DNA from: Bacillota bacterium
GTDB lineage: Bacteria; Bacillota; Dethiobacteria; DTU022
Length of the DNA: 64,000 nt
Assembly (NCBI GenBank): GCA_019428945.1
Contig: JAHYJM010000002.1
Location: 2,107 to 66,106, forward strand
Direction: 5' to 3'
Below, one piece after another: positions 48,723 through 62,773 of the stretch. Positions within the stretch are counted from its first letter, which is position 1. The number at the start of each line of letters is the position of its first letter. Below the pieces are notes generated by a model. It was not told where the DNA came from and made no database searches. It saw nothing but the letters and a program-made list of their open reading frames with translations. The position numbers and the translations under genes are program-made.

Positions 48723-49610
48723 TTAAAGTCCTTTTGCTACCCTGTCCCGGTAGCGTTTTCGTAAAAGCACTGCAGCAAGGTTAAGAATACAGACTAAGGT
48801 TACCAGAACAAGTGCTGTGCCATAAGCAATAGGTCTAACAATTGCCAGGGCGTGGTGCTGAGTTGACATGATAAAAAGGTGATACGGTAAAGCCATAAAC
48901 TGGCTCTTAATTGAGTCAGGCAAATATGGAAGGAAAAAAGCAGCGCCGGTTGCCAGGATAGGCGCTGTCTCACCTGCTGCACGGGCCAGGCCGAGAATAG
49001 TACCGGTAAGAATACCCGGTATAGCGCGCGGCAGTACCACCGTTCTTACTACCTGCCAGCGGGTTGCACCCAGGGCAAAAGAACCGGCTCGATAAGCACG
49101 GGGAACAGTGATTAATGCTTCTTCGGCAGCGGTTACCGTTACCGGCAAAGTCAGCAGGCCAAGTGTAAAACCGGCAGCAATGAGTGAGGGGCCAAAACCA
49201 AATAGTTTGACAAACACAGCCATGCCGAATAACCCGAATACAATCGAGGGAACCCCGGCCAGGTTACGCAATGACATCCGTACCAGTCTTGTAAATGTGC
49301 CCTGTATTGCATACTCATTAAGGTAGATCGCAGCTGCGACCCCCAGAGGGACAGCAAACGCGACTGTAATAATTGTTACATAAAAAGTACCAATAATCGC
49401 CGGGAATATCCCGCCTTCAGTCATGCCAACCCGGGGCGCAGCAGTTATAAATTCCCAATTAATCACGCCTATACCTTTAGAAAAAATATCAAAAATAATA
49501 AATCCGAGAATAATAAGAACCAGAAGCAACGATAAGCGAAGCAGCCAATAACCGATTAGTTCAGATCCGCGCCATTCTGCAATAATATTCTTTCTTCTAT
49601 TTAATTTCAT
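48723..49610 (-). CDS. pstA: Phosphate ABC transporter permease PstA.
   Basis: 295 aa with 6 TM helices and the ABC permease loop. It is in operon context. Confidence 0.9.
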   Translation of the reverse strand: MKLNRRKNIIAEWRGSELIGYWLLRLSLLLVLIILGFIIFDIFSKGIGVINWEFITAAPRVGMTEGGIFPAIIGTFYVTIITVAFAVPLGVAAAIYLNEYAIQGTFTRLVRMSLRNLAGVPSIVFGLFGMAVFVKLFGFGPSLIAAGFTLGLLTLPVTVTAAEEALITVPRAYRAGSFALGATRWQVVRTVVLPRAIPGILTGTILGLARAAGETAPILATGAAFFLPYLPDSIKSQFMALPYHLFIMSTQHHALAIVRPIAYGTALVLVTLVCILNLAAVLLRKRYRDRVAKGL

Positions 49611-50521
49611 TTGTTCACCTCCGGTTTGCGGTGAATTAGAATATCCGCCAACAAGTTGATAATAAAGGTAATCAGGAAGAGAACCAGGCCCACTACGAAT
49701 AGAGCGTGAAAGTGAATAGAACCAAAAACAACATCACCAATATCAATCGCAATATTTGCGCTTAAAGTCCTGACCGAATCAAGAAAAGATGAAGGGCGGG
49801 CGATCATATTACCGGTGACCATTAATACTGTCATTGTTTCACCAATAGCCCTGCCCATGCCGAGCATAGTAGCAGCAGTAATACCAGAAAATGCTGCCGG
49901 GATAGTGACCTTCCAGATAGTTTGCCAGCGGGTACCGCCTAAAGCGAGTGAAGCGTGGCGGTAATCACTTGGCACCGCTGTAATCGCATCCTCTGCCAGG
50001 GTGATAATAGTGGGTAGGGCCATAATACCTACTAAGATTGCCCCATTCAGAGCATTGATTCCACTGGGTATCCCAAACAGTTTGGCAATCAGGGGAGCTA
50101 AAACCACCAAACCGATAAAGCCGAGAACTACCGAAGGAATACCGGCCAACACTTCAACGATCGGTTTAAATAGTTCACGTTCCCAGGGTGAAGCAATTTC
50201 TGATAAATAGGCGGCAGCAGCAACACCCAGGGGCACGGCAAAAGCAAGTGCACCTAAAGTAACCATGAATGTACCGACAATAAAGTTATTAATACTATAA
50301 GTAGGTTCACCATAGGCACCAGGCCTCCAGAGCCCTTCGATAAAAAAAGGTTTAATACCAATCTCTGTAAACGCCGGGATACTGTTTGAAAGCAGGGTGA
50401 ATAGAATTCCAGTAAGAAAAACGATAATTGCAATACCACTAAGCCAGAAAATAACTCTCATAATTTTTTCTGTTATAGAGCGCAAAAATAATCCTCCTTT
50501 CGGTAACCTGTCATTCTCCAA
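49607..50521 (-). CDS. pstC: Phosphate ABC transporter permease PstC.
   Basis: 304 aa. It overlaps the pstA start by 4 nt. Confidence 0.9.
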   Translation of the reverse strand: MENDRLPKGGLFLRSITEKIMRVIFWLSGIAIIVFLTGILFTLLSNSIPAFTEIGIKPFFIEGLWRPGAYGEPTYSINNFIVGTFMVTLGALAFAVPLGVAAAAYLSEIASPWERELFKPIVEVLAGIPSVVLGFIGLVVLAPLIAKLFGIPSGINALNGAILVGIMALPTIITLAEDAITAVPSDYRHASLALGGTRWQTIWKVTIPAAFSGITAATMLGMGRAIGETMTVLMVTGNMIARPSSFLDSVRTLSANIAIDIGDVVFGSIHFHALFVVGLVLFLITFIINLLADILIHRKPEVNK

Positions 50522-50622
50522 AAAGGCTAAAAACTGACCCTACAGCCCACTGTTTAAACAAACAGTAGGCTGTAGCCATATTGTGCCATCCAAACTTAAG
50601 CTGGATGACCCTCGATATAGAT

Positions 50623-51576
50623 TTACTGAAGTGCTTTTTTGTTAAATTCTTTGTTCGCTTCTGTAATCGGATAGAAACCTTCTTCCAAAACAATCTTTTG
50701 CCCTACTTCTGTAGTTTCAAAAAGGAAGAATTCGAGCAAAGCGCCACCGGGCTTACCGGTAATATATTGGTACAGAGGGCGGGTTAGAGGGTAGTCTCCG
50801 CTGGTAACATTCTCTAAAACTGTAGGATCATAAGCCTGTGAGCCGGTATCTTTTGCAATACTTAATGCTTTAACACCATCTCTATCAGCATAACCGATGG
50901 CAGCATAGCCGATCCCGCCAATATCACCGGCAACCGCTTCAACTATATCCGAAGTTCCAGGCAAGTTGCGCATCTGAGGTGAATAGTCGGCCTTTACCAC
51001 AAGTTCCATAAAGAAAACGTAGGTACCTGAGGTACTCTGGCGACCATTAAGGGTTATTGGCAGGTCATCACCACCAAGATCCGACCAGTTTGTTATTTCA
51101 CCACGGTAAATTGCTCCGACCTGATCAACTGTTAGCTCGGATACCGGGTTGTTTTCATTAACTACAACTGCGACTCCATCAACAGCGAAAATAACTGCAT
51201 AAGCATCATCGCCTTGATTAGCTTTAAGATTTTCCATTTCTTCATCTTTCATCGGGCGTGATGAATTGGCGATATCAATATCTCCATCTATAAGTGAGGA
51301 GATTCCCACCCCGGAGCCACCACCAGTTACGGCAATTGATACATGGGGGTTGGCAATCATAAACTCTTCAGCCAGCCTGGTCACAACATTAACTTCCGAG
51401 TCTGACCCACCGATCATAATTGAAGCTGCTTCTATCAGTGCTTCATCAGAGCCATTTTCTCCTCCTTCATCGGGAGTTGTATCCGCAGCAGTATGCTGCC
51501 CACCACATCCAACTACAAACAACATAGATACCAATAACACCAACCCTAAAACAGTTAACCATCTATTCTGATTCAT
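50623..51576 (-). CDS. pstS: Phosphate ABC transporter substrate-binding lipoprotein PstS.
   Basis: The start is moved to MNQNRWLTVLGLVLLVSMLFVVGCGG (lipobox), 6 nt after an AGGAGG RBS. The PBP fold motifs ...VTGGGSGVGIS... are present. Confidence 0.85.
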   Translation of the reverse strand: MNQNRWLTVLGLVLLVSMLFVVGCGGQHTAADTTPDEGGENGSDEALIEAASIMIGGSDSEVNVVTRLAEEFMIANPHVSIAVTGGGSGVGISSLIDGDIDIANSSRPMKDEEMENLKANQGDDAYAVIFAVDGVAVVVNENNPVSELTVDQVGAIYRGEITNWSDLGGDDLPITLNGRQSTSGTYVFFMELVVKADYSPQMRNLPGTSDIVEAVAGDIGGIGYAAIGYADRDGVKALSIAKDTGSQAYDPTVLENVTSGDYPLTRPLYQYITGKPGGALLEFFLFETTEVGQKIVLEEGFYPITEANKEFNKKALQ

Positions 51577-51619
51577 CGTTATCCTCCTGGAATAATATTT
51601 AACCTTGTTCAGCATAGCT

Positions 51620-51690
51620 ATATAAGATTAAATAACAAGGAAGAACAGGTAAAATCAATGTTAAATTGAGGTTAAATGTAAGAATAGAGT
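51620..51690 (-). promoter_or_regulatory. Array of PhoP-type Pho boxes (TTHACA-like hexamers at 11 bp phasing) upstream of pstS.
   Basis: The minus strand reads TTTAACctcaaTTTAACAttgatTTTACCtgttcTTCCTTgttatTTAATC. That is 5 direct repeats with an exact 11 bp period. Confidence 0.5.
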
Positions 51691-51804
51691 CAAGAAGTCA
51701 GTCTTCAGGTTTCAGGAGTAAGCATAAAAAGACCCGACCGCAAAAGTGGGTTCAATTATAATAGCTGGACACCGAGGTTTAAATTAAAAAGAAGTGAAAA
51801 TCTT

Positions 51805-53592
51805 TTACTTTTCAGCAAAGGGTAATGAAAAGATAAAAGTGGTTCCGACGTTTTCAAGGCTGTTCAGGGCATATTCAGCTCCGTGCGCTTCCATTATATG
51901 CTTGACTATAGAAAGGCCAAGGCCGGTGCTGCCGCTTTTTCGCGAACGGGCTTTATCAGCGCGATAAAATCTTTCAAATACATATGGAAGGTCAGGCTCG
52001 GGAATTCCAGGACCATTATCACTTATTTCAACTACAACTTTATCATCATTCAGGTTTAATTTAATCCTCGCAGTACCTCCATAGTTGCCATGCCTGATAC
52101 TGTTCTCAAGGATATTAACAATTGCCTGGCAGAGCCATTCGAAGTTTCCTTTTACATGTAAAAGAGAGCTGGTCTTTATAACTTCTATCTGGAAATTCTT
52201 TTCTTCTCTTGACTGATCAACCCTCTTAACAGCTTCCTCGATAACTGATGCAATATCTACCAACTCTTTTCTAACAAAACTTTTTTCATTTTCTATTTGT
52301 GAAAGATCCAGCAAATCATCTAAAAGGCTCGAGAGCCTTCCCGTCTCACGGTCAATTATCGTCAGGAATTCAAAAAGCTCTTCTTTAGATAATTTTTCAT
52401 TAAGGATCGTTTCAGTATAACCGCGGACTGTGGTCAGGGGGGTGCGTAATTCGTGTGATACATTGGCTACAAAGTCACTGCGCATTTTCTCAAGAGAACG
52501 CAGGTGGGTCACTTCATGAAAAAGAAGTAAAATTCCGTTAACCCTGTTATCAGCTCCGGTTACAGGAATAATATAGGTTTCAAGAACAACATTACGTGGA
52601 TAATATAAATTCATTTCAATCAATCGGGTAAGGCCGTCCCGGTTGACATGCTTTAAACTTTCATACAATGCAAAATAACGGACTATATTTTGAACCGGGC
52701 TCCCAGTAACCTTATCACTTTTTACCTCAAAAAGCGTTTCTGCCGCCGGATTAATAAGTTCAATATCAAGGTTGCTGTCAGTAAAAATAATACCGCTGCT
52801 TATTGAAGAGACAACTGCCGCAAATTTGTTCTTTTCCAGAAGAACCTGCTTGATTTTTTTGTCAAGATTTTGACCCATTGCACTTATATTAGCTGCAAGA
52901 TCAACCAACTCATCATTACCATCTACTCTAAGATCAGGGTAAAAATCACCCCCGGCAATCGAACTTGAAGCGCTGCTGATCTTTTTAATCGGTCCCGTGA
53001 TTTTCGAAGAAAGAATCGCTGCCGCAGCCAGGGCAAACAATGAAGACAATAGCAGTGCTCCGATAATGTAGAAGAGCAAATCAGATCTGGCCCGGTTAAT
53101 TGCAGACAGAGGGAGGGCCAGGCGGACAATGGCAGGATTACCGCTTTCGTCTCCGGAGAATAATCCTCTGAGGGGAACAGCCAGATAGAACATCTGCTCA
53201 TCAAGAGTTACACTGTAGCGGATAGCTTCGCCTTTTTGATCTTTGAGAGCTTCTAAAATTTCCGGGCGGTCACCATGATTTTCCATCCGGAAAGGATTTT
53301 CTGCGGAATCGGCAAGAACAATCCCCTTTTGATCAACCAAAGTAATACGCAGGCCCAGTTCAGCGCCAAGATTTGTAATGACCTTGTCAATATCCTCAGG
53401 GATTAGATTATTTTCTGCCATTTCTTCAACCAGGGCTGCCGCGAGACGAGCCTGAGTATATAGATTTTCACGAAGAGTCTGCATGTAAAAGTAATTAAAA
53501 AACCAAACGAATAAAACTCCCATCAGAATAACAACGACAGCTATCACAAGCAGGTAATAAACAATCAAACGCCTGCGTATGCCTTTGAGCAC
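51805..53592 (-). CDS. phoR: Phosphate-sensing histidine kinase (PhoR-like: 2 TM, HAMP, PAS, HisKA, HATPase).
   Basis: 595 aa. The H-box is SHELRTPLTTVRGY. The N and G boxes are ..NGPGIPEPDL.. and ...GLGLSIVK... Confidence 0.85.
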   Translation of the reverse strand: MLKGIRRRLIVYYLLVIAVVVILMGVLFVWFFNYFYMQTLRENLYTQARLAAALVEEMAENNLIPEDIDKVITNLGAELGLRITLVDQKGIVLADSAENPFRMENHGDRPEILEALKDQKGEAIRYSVTLDEQMFYLAVPLRGLFSGDESGNPAIVRLALPLSAINRARSDLLFYIIGALLLSSLFALAAAAILSSKITGPIKKISSASSSIAGGDFYPDLRVDGNDELVDLAANISAMGQNLDKKIKQVLLEKNKFAAVVSSISSGIIFTDSNLDIELINPAAETLFEVKSDKVTGSPVQNIVRYFALYESLKHVNRDGLTRLIEMNLYYPRNVVLETYIIPVTGADNRVNGILLLFHEVTHLRSLEKMRSDFVANVSHELRTPLTTVRGYTETILNEKLSKEELFEFLTIIDRETGRLSSLLDDLLDLSQIENEKSFVRKELVDIASVIEEAVKRVDQSREEKNFQIEVIKTSSLLHVKGNFEWLCQAIVNILENSIRHGNYGGTARIKLNLNDDKVVVEISDNGPGIPEPDLPYVFERFYRADKARSRKSGSTGLGLSIVKHIMEAHGAEYALNSLENVGTTFIFSLPFAEK

Positions 53593-53636
53593 AAATGATC
53601 CTCCAGTTACATTTAGTATGATGCCTTTATCTATAT

Positions 53637-54374
53637 TCAGTGATCACGGAACCGGTATCCAACACCTCTTACTGTTTCGATGAAGTTTGGGTTGGCTGGA
53701 TCACTTTCTATCTTTTGGCGCAAATAGCGGATATGAACATCAACTGTCCGGGTATCAACTTCAACTTCGTAACCCCACACCTTGTCAAGCAGCAGTTCCC
53801 TTGTTAACACCCTTCCGGGATTACTCATCAACAGTTCTAACAGCAGGAATTCTTTGTGGGTGAGGTTGCGTGTTTCACCGTTTACAGTTACCCGGTGACG
53901 TTCAGGATAAATAATAATCGGCCCTGCCTTTAAGATCTGTTCGTCCACAGATAATTCTGCTGCAGGCTGACGACTCTGCTCCTGTCGCCTGAGCATTGCC
54001 CTTACCCTGGCAACCAGCTCCCGTACGCTGAATGGTTTTTCCATGTAATCATCGGCACCCAGTTCAAGTCCCAAAACCTTATCAAATTCCTCTTTCCGGG
54101 CTGACAACATTAAAATCGGCACATTGACAGTTAATGCATTGCTGCGTAAACGACGGCATACCTCGAGGCCATCGATTTCAGGAAGCATGATATCAAGAAT
54201 GACCAGATCAGGAGGGGTATCGATGGCAATGCCAAGAGCTTCAGCTCCATTAGAGGAGCTAACAACCTTATATCCTTCTTTCTCCAGGTTAAACACGAGA
54301 AGCCGTAAAATATCTTCTTCATCCTCAACCACCAGGATTTTATGTTTTTTATAGTCGCAAGAATTCTTTTCCAT
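53637..54374 (-). CDS. phoP: OmpR-family response regulator (PhoP/PhoB-like).
   Basis: 245 aa. The receiver region is ILVVEDEEDIL...DLVILDIMLPEIDGLEV, with a C-terminal winged helix. Confidence 0.85.
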   Translation of the reverse strand: MEKNSCDYKKHKILVVEDEEDILRLLVFNLEKEGYKVVSSSNGAEALGIAIDTPPDLVILDIMLPEIDGLEVCRRLRSNALTVNVPILMLSARKEEFDKVLGLELGADDYMEKPFSVRELVARVRAMLRRQEQSRQPAAELSVDEQILKAGPIIIYPERHRVTVNGETRNLTHKEFLLLELLMSNPGRVLTRELLLDKVWGYEVEVDTRTVDVHIRYLRQKIESDPANPNFIETVRGVGYRFRDH

Positions 54375-54487
54375 GAGATCATTTTAGCACATTCGGCCAA
54401 TAATTAAATCTCTTCAAGCAATAATGCATACTTATGCTTCACATTTTAAATCACAAGATTGGCACCAGTTCCATCTTTAGACCGGTT

Positions 54488-54517
54488 TTGACAAGAAATG
54501 CCGGTAAATGGCATAAT
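54488..54517 (+). promoter_or_regulatory. Strong sigma-A-like promoter with an extended -10, about 260 nt upstream of the PFOR start.
   Basis: TTGACA, an 18 bp spacer, then tgGCATAAT (TGn extended -10). Confidence 0.4.
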
Positions 54518-54556
54518 CATTCAAGGAAAAATACTTAAAAAGAAAGGCTGCCCGAT

Positions 54557-54676
54557 ATGATTGTCATTACCGAATATGATCAGGTAACTCAGATTAAGAT
54601 GGGAAAAGATTTCGACGGAACTGTTCTGTACTGGGTTGCCGCCTACCTGGTGGATGGTCTTTCAATAGCCACCTAA
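54557..54676 (+). CDS. Candidate 39-aa leader ORF or small protein between the promoter and the PFOR gene.
   Basis: MIVITEYDQVTQIKMGKDFDGTVLYWVAAYLVDGLSIAT. GAAAGG lies 9 nt upstream of the ATG. It is not in the ORF track because it is under 60 aa. Confidence 0.25.
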   Translation: MIVITEYDQVTQIKMGKDFDGTVLYWVAAYLVDGLSIAT

Positions 54677-54758
54677 CCTTGCCAGCACAGGTTAAAAGTG
54701 TTAAGATTAATCGGGAATTAAACGGTAATATTTGTAAAATTAACCGTTTTCGGAATAA

Positions 54759-58313
<3,555 letters not shown>

Positions 58314-58358
58314 TTTTTTAAACAACAAGCAGGACTGTAAATATTATAATTTAAAACA

Positions 58359-58391
58359 AAGAGGAGGCGCTGCTACCAGAGGTCTCCTCTT
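58359..58391 (+). terminator. Possible terminator hairpin after the PFOR gene.
   Basis: aagaggag-gcgctgctaccagaggt-ctcctctt, followed by a short T run. Confidence 0.35.
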
Positions 58392-58443
58392 CGCTGTAAC
58401 AATAATTGGATGTTGGGTAAGAAGAATTAATTCTTCTATACTA

Positions 58444-59049
58444 CTAAGGCTGGATCATGATCTCCATCCGGCTGAGGCGGGGACGCTGCGGAGGGTCCTG
58501 GTCAGGGTAACCGACAGGCAGTAATACCACAGCTTCAATACAGGCAGGTAATGCTAGAGTTTCTTGAACCTGAGCAGGGTTAAAAAGGCGAACCCAACAG
58601 GTTCCCAATCCATAAGAAGTTGCCATAAGAACCATATTTTCAATGGCAATGCCAAGATCAAGATAGGCTGATGCTGGCAGAACTACATCTTCAACTTTTT
58701 CAGGTAGCTTGTGCTGATAAATAACACCGGCTGCTTCTTTACTGACCACGTCAGCCTGAACCAGTTCATTTAACCTTTCCTCCACCAGGGTTTTGAGATA
58801 AGCGTGTTTATCAAGGCAGCAGACAAAAACAGCAGGTGCTTTTAGAACGAAAGGCTGAATTACTGACCCGGCAATTTTCTCTTTATCATCACCCTGCAAA
58901 AGGACAAAGCGCCATGGCTGTCTATTTGTCCCTGAAGGGGCAAGCCTGGCTGCTTCTATAATTTGATCCAGGTATTCTTCAGGTATTGGACGATCCTGGA
59001 ACTTTCTGATACTGCGCCTGCGAATAATTGCTTCAGAGCAACTTAACAT
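58444..59049 (-). CDS. Nitroreductase family protein (NAD(P)H-flavin oxidoreductase-like).
   Basis: 201 aa. IIRRRSIRKFQDRPIPEEYLDQIIEAARLAPSGTNRQPWRFVL. Confidence 0.8.
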   Translation of the reverse strand: MLSCSEAIIRRRSIRKFQDRPIPEEYLDQIIEAARLAPSGTNRQPWRFVLLQGDDKEKIAGSVIQPFVLKAPAVFVCCLDKHAYLKTLVEERLNELVQADVVSKEAAGVIYQHKLPEKVEDVVLPASAYLDLGIAIENMVLMATSYGLGTCWVRLFNPAQVQETLALPACIEAVVLLPVGYPDQDPPQRPRLSRMEIMIQP

Positions 59050-59055
59050 TTATTT

Positions 59056-59886
59056 TTACCCCGCTTTCTTTTTCCTGCGACGACTGAGCCAGTTTAGAAT
59101 TTTGCCTTTTTTCCTTAGCAAATCTACATCCTGCAGCGCTTTACCGGCAGCCTCATAACCGCGCTCAATTAATAAATCAATTTTGGAAATATCCCATATC
59201 AAGATGTCACCAAGTTCAGGTTCAATAATTATATCGGCAAGTTCATGTGCAGGCATATCTCTCTGGCGCCTGATTATGTCAAATGATTGGATTATCACTT
59301 CAAATATGCTGTCTGGTTCCTTTTGCAATGGTTTCTGAGCTCCTACATCAACGGCGATAATATAATCGAGATCAAATTTTTCCATAACCGTGACCGGCAC
59401 ATTATCAAGAAGTCCACCATCGACAAATAGGTGCTCCCCTAACCTGACCGGGGTGAATATGCCTGGCATTGCACAACTGGCCTGAACTGCTTCAGCCACT
59501 TTACCTTCAGTGATAACAACCTCTTCTCCACTTAATAAATCAACTGCATTAATCATGAGAGGAATCTTAAGATCGGAAAACTCGATATCTCCGATATACT
59601 TTTCCAAAATAGCTAAAAGCCTTTCTGACTTAATAAGACCTTTCCTGGGAATCGACAGTTTCAGAAGATCCTTCCAGGATATTGTTTTAGCTGCATCTTC
59701 AATTTCTTCAGCCGTTTTGCCAGAGCAGAACATGGCGCCGACGATGCTACCAGCGCTCGTTCCTGCTATGCAGCAGGGTTTAACCTTTTTTTCCTCAAGG
59801 TACTTTAACACCCCAATGTGGGCTATACCCCTGGCTGCACCTCCGCTTAAAGCCAGTCCTACATTCATATTCCCCGCTCCCTTCAA
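59056..59886 (-). CDS. Patatin-like phospholipase.
   Basis: GLALSGGAARGIAHIGVLKYLEE is the oxyanion-hole Gly-rich motif. GTSAGS is GxSxG. DGG is present. Confidence 0.8.
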   Translation of the reverse strand: MKGAGNMNVGLALSGGAARGIAHIGVLKYLEEKKVKPCCIAGTSAGSIVGAMFCSGKTAEEIEDAAKTISWKDLLKLSIPRKGLIKSERLLAILEKYIGDIEFSDLKIPLMINAVDLLSGEEVVITEGKVAEAVQASCAMPGIFTPVRLGEHLFVDGGLLDNVPVTVMEKFDLDYIIAVDVGAQKPLQKEPDSIFEVIIQSFDIIRRQRDMPAHELADIIIEPELGDILIWDISKIDLLIERGYEAAGKALQDVDLLRKKGKILNWLSRRRKKKAG

Positions 59887-59889
59887 AAG

Positions 59890-60654
59890 CTACTCGTTCA
59901 AATGGCTAATAATACGCAGTCCCTCAAGGGTTAAGAGGGGATTAACTTCCTTTATTGTTTCCGATTCGCGCGCAATCAGGCTGGCAAAACCTCCTGTAGC
60001 CACAACATAGGGATCTCCTTCAAGTTCAGTGCAGATCCTGCGCACTATTCCATCTACCTGACCGACAAAACCAAAAACAATGCCCGATTGCATGCTGGTG
60101 ATTGTATCTTTCCCGATTACCCTGGGAGGTCGGATAATTTCAACACGGGGAAGTTTCGCCGCTCTTTCAAACAGGGCTTCCATCGAGATACCTATCCCGG
60201 GAGAAATGACGCCTCCAAGATAATTGCCGTTTTCCGCTATTGCACAATAAGTTGTAGCAGTGCCAAAGTCAACAATAATTAAAGGCCCACCGTAAAGGCT
60301 TAACGCTGCTACTGCATTAACAATGCGATCGGCTCCCACTTCACGCGGATTATCTGTTACAATGTTTAAACCGGTCTTAATGCCCGGTCCGATGATCAGG
60401 GGTTCAACCTCGAAGTATTTCCCGGCCATTCTTTCCAGGGAATACATAAGTGGAGGGACTACTGAGGAAATGGCAATGGAGTCGATATCTTTCATACTAA
60501 GGCTGCTGTTGTGGAGGAGGTTCTTAATAACCATTCCCAGTTCATCTTCAGTACTGTTTCGCCTGGTTGCCAAACGCCAGTAAACTACAACTTTATCTTC
60601 ACGATATACTCCAAGCATTATATGAGTATTGCCAACGTCTATTGCCAGAAACAC
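59890..60654 (-). CDS. coaX: Type III pantothenate kinase.
   Basis: The start is moved to a GTG preceded by a GAGGTG RBS, giving (M)FLAIDVGNTHIMLGVY.... The ORF-track start at 60759 adds an implausible 35-aa extension. Confidence 0.85.
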   Translation of the reverse strand: MFLAIDVGNTHIMLGVYREDKVVVYWRLATRRNSTEDELGMVIKNLLHNSSLSMKDIDSIAISSVVPPLMYSLERMAGKYFEVEPLIIGPGIKTGLNIVTDNPREVGADRIVNAVAALSLYGGPLIIVDFGTATTYCAIAENGNYLGGVISPGIGISMEALFERAAKLPRVEIIRPPRVIGKDTITSMQSGIVFGFVGQVDGIVRRICTELEGDPYVVATGGFASLIARESETIKEVNPLLTLEGLRIISHLNE

Positions 60655-60855
60655 TATATTCACCTCAGATTGAATATGATGATCATGCAGGATGATATTT
60701 TGAATATATATACTATAGCAGATAAGCCTTATTTTGAAAAGAATCACGGGTTCCAACAAAGCGGCTGCGAACCTTTAATAAAGGAATAAATACGCTTTCG
60801 TCGAAGTATTGTGAAGCACTTTGACATCATGAGAAAGTTTGAGGAGGAATACCTT

Positions 60856-62169
60856 TTGTTAATCAAAAAATGGGCCGGCAAAAATTATTTTGTCGCGCTG
60901 TTTATCTTGCTTGGCATAGCCGCCTTACTGGTAATTTCAGTTTTTGTACTGACAGCCTTTATTCCCGACCCTCTTGGATTAAACCCAGTTGATTATGAAA
61001 TGACTTCGGTCAGTGAGTTTGAGCCATGGACTTTTGAAGCAAATGGCTTAAAAGTAAACTTTCCAGACGGCGGCATTATAGCAACTCTGAATGAGACCGG
61101 TAACAGCAGAAGTTATTTACTTGTCGGCAGCGGAATTTACGAGCCTGATTCCAGAATACCTGATAATGAAAAACCTGGTGGTATTTTTATTATGGTTGAA
61201 GATTTCTATTTTGAAGAAATCCGGGGCACAAACATTTTCATACCTGTCGAGGATGTAAACACAATGAATATGCTTTCTGCCTTTACCGAAAAGCAAATTG
61301 GCGTACCGCCGGTATGGTCTGAGACAATACCGCTTTTATTTCATGCGCACGAAGGATTGTTTCATTATTATTTTATAACAACTGAGGGTAATCCTATTTT
61401 ACCGCCACATACCCAGTATACTCTCTGGCAGCTTTATGGAACTTTTATCATCTATATCATTTTTATTCTTATCACGTTATTGCTGATTACAATATTTTCA
61501 TTGGATCATCGCTATTCCCGGTATTGGTTCCACCTTGGGAAAACCCCTCCGGGAATATTTAGCTTATTATTAATTCCACTTTCACTACTTTTAATTATTT
61601 TGTTCACTATTTTAACAAAACTTATGGGCTGGAATGAGATGTATTCATCTGCCGGTTATGCTATAGTAATCGTATTGCTTATTGTTTTAGCAGGAAAAGG
61701 CAGAATAGATTATCTGGATCTCGGCCTGCGGCGCGACAGATTTAAGCATGGGTACTTTATGGCTATATTTACTTCAATCCTGATCATTGCTGCTGTCCGT
61801 GGCCTGCCACAGGGCATCTGCACAGATAATATATATGCTTTTCTGCATCTGCCGGTAATCTTTATTGTTTTTGGGTTACCGCGCGAACTGGTATGGCGCG
61901 GCTTTATCCAGGCAGTTATCAGCAGGCAGTTAAATCCGACAAAGGGACTAATTGTCATGATCATTCTTGCTGCTATTGCACGTACAGTTGTCATAGCGAT
62001 AACCGCCCCCTGGATGCTGACCTACCCTTATACATACCTTGAGTTAGCTGTTCTGGTACCGGGACTGGCTGCTATACTCGGTTACCTATACCTGCGCACA
62101 GAAAATATACTAGCCTGCGCGCTACTTCACAGCCTTATTCTATGGCTGCCCGGTATAATTCTTTATTAG
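60856..62169 (+). CDS. Membrane protein with a C-terminal CPBP (CAAX protease / Abi) intramembrane metalloprotease domain.
   Basis: The C-terminal motifs PRELVWRGF (the EExxxR motif) and ...ALLHSL.. are typical of CPBP. The N-terminal TM is followed by an extracytoplasmic domain of about 170 aa. The ORF track starts at the GTG at 60811. A GAGGAGG RBS favours the TTG at 60856. Confidence 0.6.
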   Translation: MLIKKWAGKNYFVALFILLGIAALLVISVFVLTAFIPDPLGLNPVDYEMTSVSEFEPWTFEANGLKVNFPDGGIIATLNETGNSRSYLLVGSGIYEPDSRIPDNEKPGGIFIMVEDFYFEEIRGTNIFIPVEDVNTMNMLSAFTEKQIGVPPVWSETIPLLFHAHEGLFHYYFITTEGNPILPPHTQYTLWQLYGTFIIYIIFILITLLLITIFSLDHRYSRYWFHLGKTPPGIFSLLLIPLSLLLIILFTILTKLMGWNEMYSSAGYAIVIVLLIVLAGKGRIDYLDLGLRRDRFKHGYFMAIFTSILIIAAVRGLPQGICTDNIYAFLHLPVIFIVFGLPRELVWRGFIQAVISRQLNPTKGLIVMIILAAIARTVVIAITAPWMLTYPYTYLELAVLVPGLAAILGYLYLRTENILACALLHSLILWLPGIILY

Positions 62170-62187
62170 CGGAAAGGCGGAATCACA

Positions 62188-62754
62188 TTGGATAAAGAAA
62201 AAATAATTAAAGGCGTGGAAATGATTCTTGAAGCAGTTGGAGAAGACCTGAACCGAGAAGGGCTTGTCGGCACCCCTAAACGCGTTGCCAACATGTACGC
62301 CGAACTTTTTGGCGGCCTTCACCAGGATCCGCGCAAGCATCTTCAAACATGTTTTGTTGAAGATGGACACGATGAGATAGTGCTCGTAAAAGATATTTCT
62401 TTTTACTCCATGTGCGAGCACCACCTACTCCCATTCTATGGCAAAGCTCATGTAGCTTATCTCCCGTCAGGCGGGAGAATAGTCGGTTTAAGTAAACTGG
62501 TCCGCGTTATTGAAACCGTTTCAAGACGACCGCAGCTACAGGAACGGCTGACCAGCAATATAGCAGACATCATTACTGAAGAACTGGACCCCAAGGGTGT
62601 AGTGGTTGTAATCGAAGCTGAACACCTTTGCATGAGCATTCGGGGAGTTGGTAAACCAGGGGCTGTTACTGTGACTTCAGCAGTGCGAGGCCTTTTCAGA
62701 AGAAACCCCAGCTCGCGGGTTGAAATATTCAGCCTGATCCAGGGAAATTCGTAG
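62188..62754 (+). CDS. folE: GTP cyclohydrolase I.
   Basis: 188 aa with a TTG start. ...[17 protein letters not shown]...[19 protein letters not shown]... is the FolE signature. Confidence 0.9.
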   Translation: MDKEKIIKGVEMILEAVGEDLNREGLVGTPKRVANMYAELFGGLHQDPRKHLQTCFVEDGHDEIVLVKDISFYSMCEHHLLPFYGKAHVAYLPSGGRIVGLSKLVRVIETVSRRPQLQERLTSNIADIITEELDPKGVVVVIEAEHLCMSIRGVGKPGAVTVTSAVRGLFRRNPSSRVEIFSLIQGNS

Positions 62755-62773
62755 AATTATCAGGAGTGATCCT

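Noticed and set aside
60655-60855. A THF riboswitch upstream of the folE cluster.
   Set aside because: No recognisable conserved THF-aptamer sequence or structure. The region looks like a divergent promoter between coaX and the CPBP gene.
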